Origin: an uncultured delta proteobacterium
Lineage (GTDB): Bacteria > Desulfobacterota > Syntrophia > Syntrophales > UBA5619
DNA: 64,000 bases
NCBI GenBank assembly: GCA_963817385.1
Contig: CAWFOM010000005.1
Location: forward strand, 416,001 to 480,000
Direction of reading: 5' to 3'
The notes beneath the pieces were generated by a model that was not told where the DNA came from, did not search any database, and worked only from the letters and a program-made list of their open reading frames with translations. This document shows positions 40,989-51,020 of this stretch, piece after piece. Position numbers and translations under genes: made by a program. Numbering within the stretch: position 1 is the stretch's first letter; the number at the start of each line of letters is the position of its first letter.

Positions 40989-41699
40989 ATGGCGAACGAA
41001 ATTTTGGTTCTTGGCGTGTATCTCACCGACAAGGAGAATTATGCCCCCGGTATCCTGGCGGAGTTGCAGAAAAGCCGTGATTGGGTCGTGGATCAGCGCT
41101 GGGTCGGCTTGGGAAAAGCAGCACCCGATCCTGATTTGCAGGCGCCGACGGCCTGGCATCAGAAAAAACCGACGCCAAAGTTTGTTCTCCTCAACCGGCT
41201 CTTGGCAGACATTAATCTGGCCGCCTACGAGTATCTGCTGGTGGTCGATGATGATATTATACTGCCCGAGGGTTTCGTGGATGATTATCTTTCCCTGGTT
41301 GAGCGGTATCATCTCGCCGTCGCACAGCCGGCTCGCACCCATGATAGTTATATCGACCATCCTTTTGTTGAACGGTTGGACGGCATTTCCGCCCGGCGTA
41401 CCCGTTTCGTGGAGATAGGGCCGTTGTTTTCCCTTCACCGCAGCGCTTTTAAGGCCTTTCTGCCTTTCGATGAGGCCAGTCCCATGGGCTGGGGCTATGA
41501 CTTCGTTTGGCCGCGTCTGGCTCTGGATCACGGGCTTCACATGGGGGTGGTGGATGCGGTGGCCGTTGCCCATAACCTGCGCCCGCCGGTGATGCACTAT
41601 GATTACAACTTGGCCAACGCAGCCATGGGGTGTTTCCTTGCCCAACGGCCCCACCTGTCAAAAAAAGATGCCTTTTTCATCGTGGAATCCTATGTCTGA
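40989..41699 (+). CDS. Glycosyltransferase-like protein (DUF707-like)
   Basis: YL..DDDI, AQPA, FVEIGP.F, GWG.DFVW. Confidence 0.6.
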   Translation: MANEILVLGVYLTDKENYAPGILAELQKSRDWVVDQRWVGLGKAAPDPDLQAPTAWHQKKPTPKFVLLNRLLADINLAAYEYLLVVDDDIILPEGFVDDYLSLVERYHLAVAQPARTHDSYIDHPFVERLDGISARRTRFVEIGPLFSLHRSAFKAFLPFDEASPMGWGYDFVWPRLALDHGLHMGVVDAVAVAHNLRPPVMHYDYNLANAAMGCFLAQRPHLSKKDAFFIVESYV

Positions 41700-42711
41700 C
41701 TTTTATCCACAGCCGTTGGCGGCCGGAACATCCACTGCCCCCCTATTGAGCGCCGTGATCTGCACCTATAATCGGGCGGAATTGCTGGCCATGGTGCTGG
41801 AGAGTTTGTGCCGGCAGTCTTTGCCCCGCGAGCAGTTCGAGGTCGTCGTCATTAACGATGGCTCAACGGACGACACCGAGGGCGTCGTCCGTTCCTTCAA
41901 GGGCAAGCTGCCTCTGCGCTCACTCTTTCAAAAAAATGCGGGCTTAGCGGCGGCCAAAAACCATGGCCTGTTTGCCTCACGCGGTGACTTCGTTTTGTTC
42001 CTCGACGACGACGATGTGACGACCGAAACCTTGCTCGAGGAGCACGTGAAGACCCATCGGGAATATCCGGCGGAACAATATGCGGTTCTCGGCCATACCC
42101 GCCTCGGTCCGGAGATCGCCGCCAAACCCTTGATGCATTTTGTGGTCGAGGTCGGTTGTTTTCTTTTTTCCTATGTCAGCCTGAAGCCCGGAGAACTCCT
42201 GGATTATACATATTTTTGGGGGGGACGTTCGTCCTGCAAGCGCTCTCTTCTGCTGGAACACGGTGTATTCAATCCTGTGTTTCGATTCGGTTGTGAAGAC
42301 ATTGAGCTTGGTTACCGCCTGGCCAAGCAGGGTTTGCGGGTTGTCTATAACGAGCAGGCGGTATCGGTGATGGTCCGCGATATCGATTTCGCCGGCTTTT
42401 GTCGCCGTCTCGAGCGCCAGGGCAACTCAAACTATGTATTCAGCCGGTTGCATCCGGTGCCGGAGATCGTCCATTGGACCGAGACCGGGGACGCAGACAG
42501 CATCTGGCAGAAAGTCGATGGGCAATATGAAAAGATCATCAAGTCGGCTGGGCACCTTGACGAGATCGCCAATCTGAAATTGGCCTACGGTTTTGAGTTG
42601 GATGCCACCACATTGGGTCTTCTGCACCGCGGTTATCGGGCGGCATTCAAGGCTTGTAAGGTGAAGGGGATAATTGAAAAGAAAAGGGAGCTAAATAGTC
42701 CATGTGGCTGA
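41692..42711 (+). CDS. GT2 glycosyltransferase
   Basis: SAVICTYNR, NDGSTD, FLDDD, GCEDIELGYRL. Confidence 0.88.
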   Translation: MSDFYPQPLAAGTSTAPLLSAVICTYNRAELLAMVLESLCRQSLPREQFEVVVINDGSTDDTEGVVRSFKGKLPLRSLFQKNAGLAAAKNHGLFASRGDFVLFLDDDDVTTETLLEEHVKTHREYPAEQYAVLGHTRLGPEIAAKPLMHFVVEVGCFLFSYVSLKPGELLDYTYFWGGRSSCKRSLLLEHGVFNPVFRFGCEDIELGYRLAKQGLRVVYNEQAVSVMVRDIDFAGFCRRLERQGNSNYVFSRLHPVPEIVHWTETGDADSIWQKVDGQYEKIIKSAGHLDEIANLKLAYGFELDATTLGLLHRGYRAAFKACKVKGIIEKKRELNSPCG

Positions 42712-43265
42712 CGACGAAAATCAGAAAGCACAGGGACATCATGACGATTGCTCTGGCGTTGATCGGCGTTGTCTTGATGTTTTTCTACTCTGTTTGCGAC
42801 ACATCCTGCACCTATCTGAAGGGTGATATCTTTGGAATTGATCTGAAATACATAGGCATTGGGTATATGCTGGCGATCATTGCCTGCACTTTGTCCAAGC
42901 AAACGGCCCTAGTCCGCATTTTATTGGCATCGGGGATCGGTGTGGAAGTTTATCTTGTTGCCTTTCAATTCAGAGAAGACGTCTTCTGTCCCTTCTGCAT
43001 TGCCTTTGGTGCTACCGTTGTCTTGGCATTCACCTTACATTACGAAAAGCCGCAGGCAAGGGGTGACTGGCGAAGACGAATCATCTACGGACTCGGTGAG
43101 ACGGAGCTCCCCCTGATAGGGGGAAAAGGGATGCCCCTTCTGCTGTTTGTGATTCTTGGCTATCTCTTTGTGGTTCTGACCTTTTCCGGTTCCGCCACGC
43201 CCGCCTATGGAGCGGAGAGACCACCATCAGCGCTACCTATGGTAAAGGCCGTTGTACCATCATAG
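42702..43265 (+). CDS. VKOR-like membrane thiol-disulfide protein; fused thioredoxin-like domain apparently truncated
   Basis: CDTSC loop pair, CPFC in TM, several TM segments. Confidence 0.65.
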   Translation: MWLTTKIRKHRDIMTIALALIGVVLMFFYSVCDTSCTYLKGDIFGIDLKYIGIGYMLAIIACTLSKQTALVRILLASGIGVEVYLVAFQFREDVFCPFCIAFGATVVLAFTLHYEKPQARGDWRRRIIYGLGETELPLIGGKGMPLLLFVILGYLFVVLTFSGSATPAYGAERPPSALPMVKAVVPS

Positions 43266-43394
43266 AGTTCATCGGAATGACTGGTTGATGGTTGTACTGG
43301 AGGCCCTTCTTTTTTTATCAACCGAGTCGTCTGAGCATCAACTCATGTCAGCCAACACCACAGACTCATTTATGAGTCTTAAAAGGAGATCCTG

Positions 43395-44303
43395 ATGAGT
43401 CTGAAGATCACTTTGCGCCATGCCGCTAAGCGTTTGATTTGGCAGAGCTTCAGCTGGAAGCAACGCCATTTTCGTGTCGGGCGTCATGACATAGTTTTGC
43501 CGCCATATCACCTCCTTGATTTGTACGTGCGTTTGTTCCCCACTTACAACCAACCGATCTCGACCATTAGTTCGGTGTTGTCTGATTGCCAGCCTGGTTT
43601 TGCAGCAGCGGATATAGGCGCAAATATAGGAGATACGGCTGCATACATTTGCCTAACTCAGGATATTCCGGTTTTATGCATTGAGGGTAATCCGCAATAT
43701 TTCAATGTACTAAGCGCGAATTGCTCCAGTCTGGGCAAGCATATTGAGATGGAAAAAAGTTATGTTGGGTGTGGAACGGAGGTAATGGATTGTTCGCTGG
43801 TTCAAGATCACGGCGGAACAACCACCTTGCTGCCAGCATTTAAAAAAAAAGTTGACCAGCAAAACTTACAAAAGCTCAGTAATCAGAATTCTTTATTTCT
43901 CCCGCTTCAGCAAATTTTGGAGCGCCACCCATGCTTCACTAACATTAAGCTTCTTAAGACCGACACTGATGGTTATGATTTCGCTATTTTAAAAGGATCT
44001 ATAGATGTGCTGGAGAGGTGTCAGCCTGTGCTTTTCTTCGAGTATGATCCATCTTTCTCAACCGATTCTGAAGAATCCCTGCAATGCATAAAAACGCTTT
44101 TAGGCTTGGGCTATTGCTATTTCCTGGCCTTTAATAACCTCGGTGTTGCTTCTCACGTTTTAAAGGATCTCTCAGACTTTGCCCGGACTAATCGTTACCT
44201 GAAGGACTGTCGATGTTACGGAGAATATCCTGTGTTTTATGACATCTGTGCAGTGCATCAAACTGATCAGGACATCTATCAAGCTATCACGGCTCGTGTC
44301 TGA
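43395..44303 (+). CDS. FkbM-family methyltransferase
   Basis: DIGANIG, LLKTDTDGYD..IL.G, P.LFFEY. Confidence 0.85.
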   Translation: MSLKITLRHAAKRLIWQSFSWKQRHFRVGRHDIVLPPYHLLDLYVRLFPTYNQPISTISSVLSDCQPGFAAADIGANIGDTAAYICLTQDIPVLCIEGNPQYFNVLSANCSSLGKHIEMEKSYVGCGTEVMDCSLVQDHGGTTTLLPAFKKKVDQQNLQKLSNQNSLFLPLQQILERHPCFTNIKLLKTDTDGYDFAILKGSIDVLERCQPVLFFEYDPSFSTDSEESLQCIKTLLGLGYCYFLAFNNLGVASHVLKDLSDFARTNRYLKDCRCYGEYPVFYDICAVHQTDQDIYQAITARV

Positions 44304-44341
44304 CCTAATTTGGCCGGGCGAACTCATCGGCACCATTGATC

Positions 44342-45757
44342 CTATATTATTAAAGATTTGATAGTCTTTCTAAACAAAAATCCGTAAAAATAAACGAGTG
44401 TGAACGAATAAACTATTAACGTAGTTAACGGTATCAATATTACTCCAAAATAATTAACGCCGATTATTTTTAATGGCAGTGTTAACAAACAAAATAAAAT
44501 TACTACAATAATTTGTTGTCTAACGATTTGCATTCCATTTAAGAACATTGCGAATGCGTTGCCGCAGCTTTCAAAAATCACTAAAACTGCAAACGTATAG
44601 ATAAATGGCTGCGGGACCTTTATTGTTCCATTGGTCCAGTAAAAAATGAGCCATTCACTGAATATTGAGATCAGAAAGACACCTGAAGTCGCGACGGTAA
44701 GGGTTAGCATCATGCTGCGCCATAACGTCTGCCGGATAAACGGCCTATCCCCTCTTGCCCGGGCGTCCGAGTATGCGCTCCATAGCGGTGCATTGACCGT
44801 AGCCAAAGGTTGAGTGATGAATTGAAATAACTTTTGGGTAACTGCATACACGACGACCGATGTTGCGCCTAATGTGCTGGATATAATCAAACTGTCGGCG
44901 CCCCATCCAATCATGGTTCCAATCTGCAAGACTAGAAATAGACTACCGGCACGTAACAATTTACTTCCTTCGATACTGGTCGAAGCTATTATCTCCCTGA
45001 TGCTGATTTGTTTTCGAACGAAAAGTAGTAATAGTAATGGGAACCCTGCTAATGATTGAATTCCCAAGGTGGCGGCAAGCAGTATCGTCACATCCGCCTT
45101 ACTTTTTGCGGCAACCCATAGTGCCATTATTGCAAGCAAGGAACTGATCGCGGCGACAAAGTTTCCTTCGAATGCGCGTTGGAGTCCCCAAAATACCCGT
45201 TGAATGCCGGATGTGAATAAATACAATCCAAATAACAATGCAAACAGCATGGCGGAGCGACGCGTTTCGAATACGAGTTGAGGGTCTGCCACTTTGATTA
45301 CCGCTGCCCACGGCAGGAGCGCCGCGAGCAGCAACATCAATACGGTTACCGTAACACCGATCAGCCCCAAAAATCCCAGGCCGCCGCTGATCGATTTCTC
45401 TAATTCGACGGGTTTGTCATGCGCTGCATTCTCTGCAATATGGTTAACGAGTGCATTGCCCACACCCAAATCGAGAAATGTAAGCATGCTGGCAAAGCTT
45501 GCGATCGTCATCCAAATACCAAACCGTTCGGTACCGAGGTAGGAAATGGTCCAATTTACACTTAACAACATGACGGCCATCGCCAAACCTTTGCTCAGCA
45601 GGTTCGAAATGGTTGACCAAGCAGCCCGACGATAGCGCTCTTGCGTTCGTCCTTCTTGGGTAGCCGTGTCGAATGGCTTGATCCGTAGGTAATGGCCGAG
45701 GCTAAAAAGACGCATCATTTTCTCAGAGTTGATGCTGTAATGAAATTGATAAGACAT
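44342..45757 (-). CDS. wzx: Wzx-type oligosaccharide flippase
   Basis: About 12 TM segments; YLG.ERFGIW, DLGVGN, D..II...LG. Confidence 0.8.
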   Translation of the reverse strand: MSYQFHYSINSEKMMRLFSLGHYLRIKPFDTATQEGRTQERYRRAAWSTISNLLSKGLAMAVMLLSVNWTISYLGTERFGIWMTIASFASMLTFLDLGVGNALVNHIAENAAHDKPVELEKSISGGLGFLGLIGVTVTVLMLLLAALLPWAAVIKVADPQLVFETRRSAMLFALLFGLYLFTSGIQRVFWGLQRAFEGNFVAAISSLLAIMALWVAAKSKADVTILLAATLGIQSLAGFPLLLLLFVRKQISIREIIASTSIEGSKLLRAGSLFLVLQIGTMIGWGADSLIISSTLGATSVVVYAVTQKLFQFITQPLATVNAPLWSAYSDARARGDRPFIRQTLWRSMMLTLTVATSGVFLISIFSEWLIFYWTNGTIKVPQPFIYTFAVLVIFESCGNAFAMFLNGMQIVRQQIIVVILFCLLTLPLKIIGVNYFGVILIPLTTLIVYSFTLVYFYGFLFRKTIKSLII

Positions 45758-46089
45758 TGCTTTTTCACGGTGGGAGTATAAGCAGAGCGGCCTTGTGTGT
45801 CAATTAAATATTCATGTGGAGTGTTGCGGCATCAAGGATTGGAAAAGGGTTTAGACGATGGCACAATAACTTTGACAGGAAGACCCCGGCTATGATTTAC
45901 TTCAACAGTAAGCCGCAGAAAACATGCTGCGGTATGAACATGAACCCGGGGCAGTTTCCCAATTATGAATCCCCGTTTCCGATTCAAACAAACGAGACTA
46001 CCGGAGAATATGGATATTTTCGTACGGCGGGACTTTGGTAAAATGCCATGATGGGCGCTGAAGCGACAAAAGCTGTCTGAGATAAAAGC

Positions 46090-47214
46090 ATGAAGATCGG
46101 GATCAATTTACTGTATTTGCTCCCCGGCGTGGTGGGAGGGACTGAGACCTATGCCGCCGGCTTGTTGCATGGGTTGGCCGAAATAGACGAGCGGAATGAA
46201 TATGTCGTTTTTATGAACCGCGAAAGCGAAAGATGGCCTCTCCCGCAGGCAGTGAATTTCACCCGGGTAGTCTGCCCGATCCGGGCTGCCGGCCGGACCT
46301 CCCGCTATCTTTTTGAGCAGGTGCGATTGCCCCGGCTGCTCGCTCAATACCACATCGATGTTGTGCACTCTTTGGGATATGTCGGCCCGTTAGTTGCCCC
46401 CTGTCCCTCTGTTGTAACGATACCTGATCTGAACTATATAACGTTGAAACGCACTATGTCGGGTGTGAAAAGAACCGCCTTGCGTTTTTTTTCAATACAG
46501 TCGGCGCAACGAGCCAATCATGTCATCACCATTTCCGATTTCTCCAAAAGAGAAATCTGCAGGACAATCAAACTACATCCCGATAAAATGACCGTGACGC
46601 ATTTGGGTGCGCTGAGGAATGGCGCTTCAAATTCTTCGGAAAATTGGACGGAATTAACCAGACGTTACCGTATCCGGGAACCCTATGTAGTTGCCTTTGG
46701 GGGGCGGACGCTGAACAAGAACATTCCCCATTTGATCCGAGCTTATGCTCTGATGAAGGATGCATTCCCCCATTCTCTTGTGCTTATTGGTCACATTCCA
46801 TCCAATGTGGATTTAGCAGCCGAGTCCAAAGAGATCCGGGATCGGGTTACCATTACGGGGTATGTACCGGAGGAGCATATCCTGCCGCTTTTAAGTCATG
46901 CCGATTTATTTGTGGCGCCTTCCCTGTACGAGGGATTTGGGTTGCCGGTGTTGGAAGCGCAACAGGCGGCTGTGGCGGTAGCATGCTCTACCGCCGGGTC
47001 GCTACCTGAAGTGGGCGGCGATGGGGCGATCTATTTTGATCCAACCTCGATCGAACAAATAGCCGACGCGATCCGGCGTTGTCTGGCGGATGCAAGGTTG
47101 CGGTCACAACTTATTCTGAAAGGACGAGAGAACCTAGTGCGCTTTTCCTGGGATAAAACAGCACGGGAAACGTTATCGGTATACCAAGACGTTTTCAAAC
47201 AAAACCATGAGTGA
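46090..47214 (+). CDS. GT4 glycosyltransferase
   Basis: GGTETY, KN..LI.A, PSLYEGFGLPVLEA, FSWDKTA. Confidence 0.9.
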   Translation: MKIGINLLYLLPGVVGGTETYAAGLLHGLAEIDERNEYVVFMNRESERWPLPQAVNFTRVVCPIRAAGRTSRYLFEQVRLPRLLAQYHIDVVHSLGYVGPLVAPCPSVVTIPDLNYITLKRTMSGVKRTALRFFSIQSAQRANHVITISDFSKREICRTIKLHPDKMTVTHLGALRNGASNSSENWTELTRRYRIREPYVVAFGGRTLNKNIPHLIRAYALMKDAFPHSLVLIGHIPSNVDLAAESKEIRDRVTITGYVPEEHILPLLSHADLFVAPSLYEGFGLPVLEAQQAAVAVACSTAGSLPEVGGDGAIYFDPTSIEQIADAIRRCLADARLRSQLILKGRENLVRFSWDKTARETLSVYQDVFKQNHE

Positions 47215-47250
47215 GAAGATCCCCATATGACTTCTTATAGGGCATAGAGA

Positions 47251-48057
47251 ATGGAAATCTTGCGATTGGCCTCAAGAGAAGCACCTCTTGATTGCATTGC
47301 GTCGGTCATCCTGTATAAGAATCCTCCGGAGATGATTGAAAATGTCATCACGAGCTTTCTCGATACTAGCCTGAATGTTAAACTCTACATTATCGATAAT
47401 TCGCCGACACGCCTATCGCTTTCCCTTGAAAACAGACCAGCTTTCTACCATTATGCCGGACAGAATCTGGGGTACGGCAAGGCCCACAACTGGAGTATCC
47501 AACGGTGTGAACCGAGCAAATATTTCCTCATCCTCAATCCGGATGTGATCATATCCAAAGGCGTTATAGAAGAATTAAGCCAATATTTAGATAGGAATCC
47601 TGATGTCGGCATGGTTTGCCCAAGGGTGTTAAATAAGGATAATACACTCCAATATTTGAATAAACGGCAGCCAAATGTTACGGACCTCTTTTTGAGGCGG
47701 TTTTACGTCTATGATAAAATGTTTGATATTTTAAAACGACGCCTGGACCATTACGAAATGAGAGATGTCGGCTATAAGGACATCCATGAGGTGCCGTTCA
47801 TGACGGGGGCCTTCATGTTTTGCCGGACGCACGTCCTGAAAAAGGTTGGCGGCTTCGACCCAAGGTTCTTCATGTATTTTGAAGACGCCGACCTGTCCAG
47901 AAAATTTCAGAATGAAGGCTATAAGACGGTTTACTATCCCTATGTGAATATTACCCATCTCTGGCAGCGTGAATCCCAGAAAAGGTTGACAATGGCGCTT
48001 GTCTTTATTATCAGCGGCATGAAGTACTTTCATAAATGGGGGTGGAAACTGTACTAG
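47251..48057 (+). CDS. GT2 glycosyltransferase (WbbL-like)
   Basis: NLGYG..HN, LNPD, GFD.RFFMYFEDADL. Confidence 0.88.
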   Translation: MEILRLASREAPLDCIASVILYKNPPEMIENVITSFLDTSLNVKLYIIDNSPTRLSLSLENRPAFYHYAGQNLGYGKAHNWSIQRCEPSKYFLILNPDVIISKGVIEELSQYLDRNPDVGMVCPRVLNKDNTLQYLNKRQPNVTDLFLRRFYVYDKMFDILKRRLDHYEMRDVGYKDIHEVPFMTGAFMFCRTHVLKKVGGFDPRFFMYFEDADLSRKFQNEGYKTVYYPYVNITHLWQRESQKRLTMALVFIISGMKYFHKWGWKLY

Positions 48058-48828
48058 ATGAAGATATCCATTATCACCGCTACGTGGAATAGCGCCGCTA
48101 CGATTGAAAACGCCATACTTTCCGTTGCTTCGCAAGGTTATCCCGACCTGGAGCACATCATTGTCGACGGCAATTCGTCCGATGCAACGCTGTCGATTAT
48201 TTTTCGCCATGCCGACAGGATCGACAAGCTTATTTCCGAACCGGATCATGGGATCTACGACGCGATGAACAAAGGGATCTCCCTTGCAACCGGTGACGTT
48301 ATCGGTATTCTCAACTCGGATGATTTCTATGCGCATCCTCATGTCTTGGAGAAGGTGGCCCGTGTTTTTGAAGATGAAAGCATCCATACGTGTTATGGTG
48401 ATCTGATTTATGTCGATCCGGCGAACGTGAAACGGGTCATTCGCTACTGGCGATCGGGCAACCACAACCCCCATAACTTTTACCAGGGTTGGATGCCGCC
48501 GCATCCGACATTTTTCGTGCGACGCTCGGTGTATGAAAAATACGGCAACTTCAATCTCTCATTGGGTACGGCCGCCGATTATGAACTGACATTGAGATTA
48601 CTCTTGAAATATGAGGTATCGACAACCTACATTCCGGAGGTCTTGGTCCATATGCGTTCGGGTGGGGCCAGTAACGCCTCCCTCAAAAGCCGGTTGGCGA
48701 CGATACGGATGGCGAATCTATCCTGGCAGGTGAATAATTTGAGACCGCATCCATGGACGCTGACATTCCGCCTTCTCTCCAAACTTATCCAATACACCCG
48801 GATGCAGGATGCAGTGATGCCGACATGA
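48058..48828 (+). CDS. GT2 glycosyltransferase (WcaE-like)
   Basis: SEPD.GIYDAMNKG, LNSDD, GWMPPHP, AADYE. Confidence 0.9.
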   Translation: MKISIITATWNSAATIENAILSVASQGYPDLEHIIVDGNSSDATLSIIFRHADRIDKLISEPDHGIYDAMNKGISLATGDVIGILNSDDFYAHPHVLEKVARVFEDESIHTCYGDLIYVDPANVKRVIRYWRSGNHNPHNFYQGWMPPHPTFFVRRSVYEKYGNFNLSLGTAADYELTLRLLLKYEVSTTYIPEVLVHMRSGGASNASLKSRLATIRMANLSWQVNNLRPHPWTLTFRLLSKLIQYTRMQDAVMPT

Positions 48829-48880
48829 AAAGAGCGCTGCTCGTTTTTCAGCGATTCGAGCAGCATGAGGAGTCGTTGAG

Positions 48881-49889
48881 TTGAAGAATCATCCGCTGCG
48901 CATTCTGGTGACGGGAGCGACGGGCGCCGTGGGGCCGCGAGTAGTGGCGTCGCTTGTTGAGTCAGGCTATGGGATCAGGACCTTGTCCCTTGACCCACCC
49001 CCACGGGGGCTGTGGCCGGAGGATATCGAAACGCAACTTGGTGATATAACCGATCACTCCGTCGTTCATACGGCGATGCAGGGAGTCGATGTGGTAATCC
49101 ATCTGGCCGCGCTGTTGCATATCGTCAACCCGCCTCCTTCCCTGCAACCGGAGTACGAGCGGATCAATGTCGGCGGTACTGCCACTGTTGTTGAGGCCGC
49201 TCGGCAGGCCGGTGTCGGGCGCATGGTGTTTTTCAGTACGATTGCCGTCTATGGCGATTCCGCAGGAGTCATCCTGACGGAAGATTCACCGGCCCGGCCC
49301 GATTCGTTTTACGCGCAAACCAAACTTACCGCGGAGAGGATCGTCCTGGCGGCGAAACGGGCCGACGGCCGGCCGTTGGGGACGGTGTTGCGCCTCGGCG
49401 CCGTCTACGGAGGCCGGATCAGGGGGAATTACCGGCGCCTCCTCATCGCCCTTGCCCGGGGCCGTTTCGCTGCCCATCGGTCCGGGGACCAACCGCCGAA
49501 CCCTGGTGTATGACAAGGATGTAGGCCGAGCGGCCGTGCTGGCCGCCGTCCATCCGGACGCGGCCGGCCGGATTTTCAACGTGACCGACGGACAGATCCA
49601 CACCATGAACGCCGTCATCGGGATCCTCTGCGATGCCCTCGGCCGCAGGCCGCCGCGTCTGACGCTGCCGGTGAACACCATCCGCGGACTGGCCGGCATC
49701 CTGGAAGATGGCGCCCGGCTCTGCGGCCTCTCCTCGCCCGTGGTACGGGCGACGATCGATAAATATACCGAGGATGCGGCCGTGGATGGTCGACGTTTTT
49801 GCGAACAGTTAGGCTTTGTCCCCCGGTACGATCTCGCGTCGGGCTGGCGGGAGACGGTGGCCGAGATGCGGAAGTCCGGCGATTTATGA
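48881..49889 (+). CDS. NAD-dependent epimerase/dehydratase; frameshift ~49470
   Basis: ILVTGATG.VG, HLAA, Y..TK; continues in ORF 49452-49889. Confidence 0.85.
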
Positions 49890-49905
49890 AGATCCTGGTT
49901 GTACT

Positions 49906-51013
49906 ATGATGAATGATCTGACATCACTGTTCGAACAGATGGTCGTGCTGGTTGCCCAGTACCGGATAGAGCTTCTCTTTCTCGGGTGTGCGGCTTTGGG
50001 AGCAGCGGGTGCATGGCTCATTGCCGGCATGGCGTTTCGCGAACGTCTGCTGGATACCCCGAACGAACGCAGTTCCCATACCATTCCGACGCCCCGCGGC
50101 GGGGGCGTTGGGGATCCTGGCGGCCTTTATCATGGCGGGTCTCACGCTCCGGATTCCGACGACCTTCCTGTTTGCCGCGATCCTCATCTCCGCCGTGAGC
50201 TTTTTCGGGGATTATTTCCGGATCTCGGTAAAATTCCGTCTCGTCGTCCAATGCATCTCCACATGCATACTCCTGTTCCCTCTGCTGCCCCGCCTGACCG
50301 CCCAGTATGCCTTGTCGAGCTTTGGGTTTTCTCCGGTTATCTTCTTTCTGATCCTGCCGCTGATATTCATTTTCCTGATCGGGACGGCGAACTTCTACAA
50401 TTTCATGGATGGCATCAACGGCATTGCCGGTCTCAGCGGGGTAATCGGCTTCGGACTGCTGGGACTCTCCACCCTGTATCGGCCACCCCCGGATGCCTTC
50501 CAGAACGCACTGTCGCTGCTCTCGATATGCGTTTCCCTGGCCTGTCTGGGATATCTTCCGTTCAACATGCCCCGGGCCCGCGTCTTCATGGGGGATGTAG
50601 GCAGCATCCTCCTGGGGTTTGTCTTTGCCGGCCTGGTTGTGACGCTTTCCCGGAATTACCTGGAGATGGTTTGTTTTGCCGCGCTGCTTTTCCCTTTTTA
50701 TGCGGATGAATTGACAACCATGGTTGTCCGCATCCAGGACCGCGAGAATCTTACCCGGTCCCACCGCCGCCATTTATACCAGTTGCTGGTCAATGAGTTC
50801 GGCATCGCCCATGAGAAGATCTCCGCAGCGTATGGGGCCGTGCAACTGGCCGTCGGCGCCGGCGTCCTGATCGCTTATCCCCGCGGGGTGAGTGCGGTGT
50901 TGATTTTTCTGACGATGTGTTTCATCGGCTTTACGCTTCTGACGATCCATCTCCGGAAAATCGCGAATACGCGGAAGACTTCAGCCTCGGCAATCAGGAT
51001 AACAAGGACGTGA
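49906..51013 (+). CDS. MraY/WbpL-type initiating HexNAc-1-phosphate transferase; frameshift ~50110
   Basis: D.PNERSSH..PTPRGGG, NFYNFMDGING, FMGDVGS, HR.HLYQ. Confidence 0.88.
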
Positions 51014-51020
51014 CTACGCC

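Noticed and set aside
43270..43310. TGA after the VKOR tail as a second Sec codon
   Set aside because: No SECIS-like hairpin, no Cys partner and no convincing downstream frame.
45814..46041. 75-aa intergenic ORF
   Set aside because: No RBS or recognisable motif; lies in a divergent promoter region.
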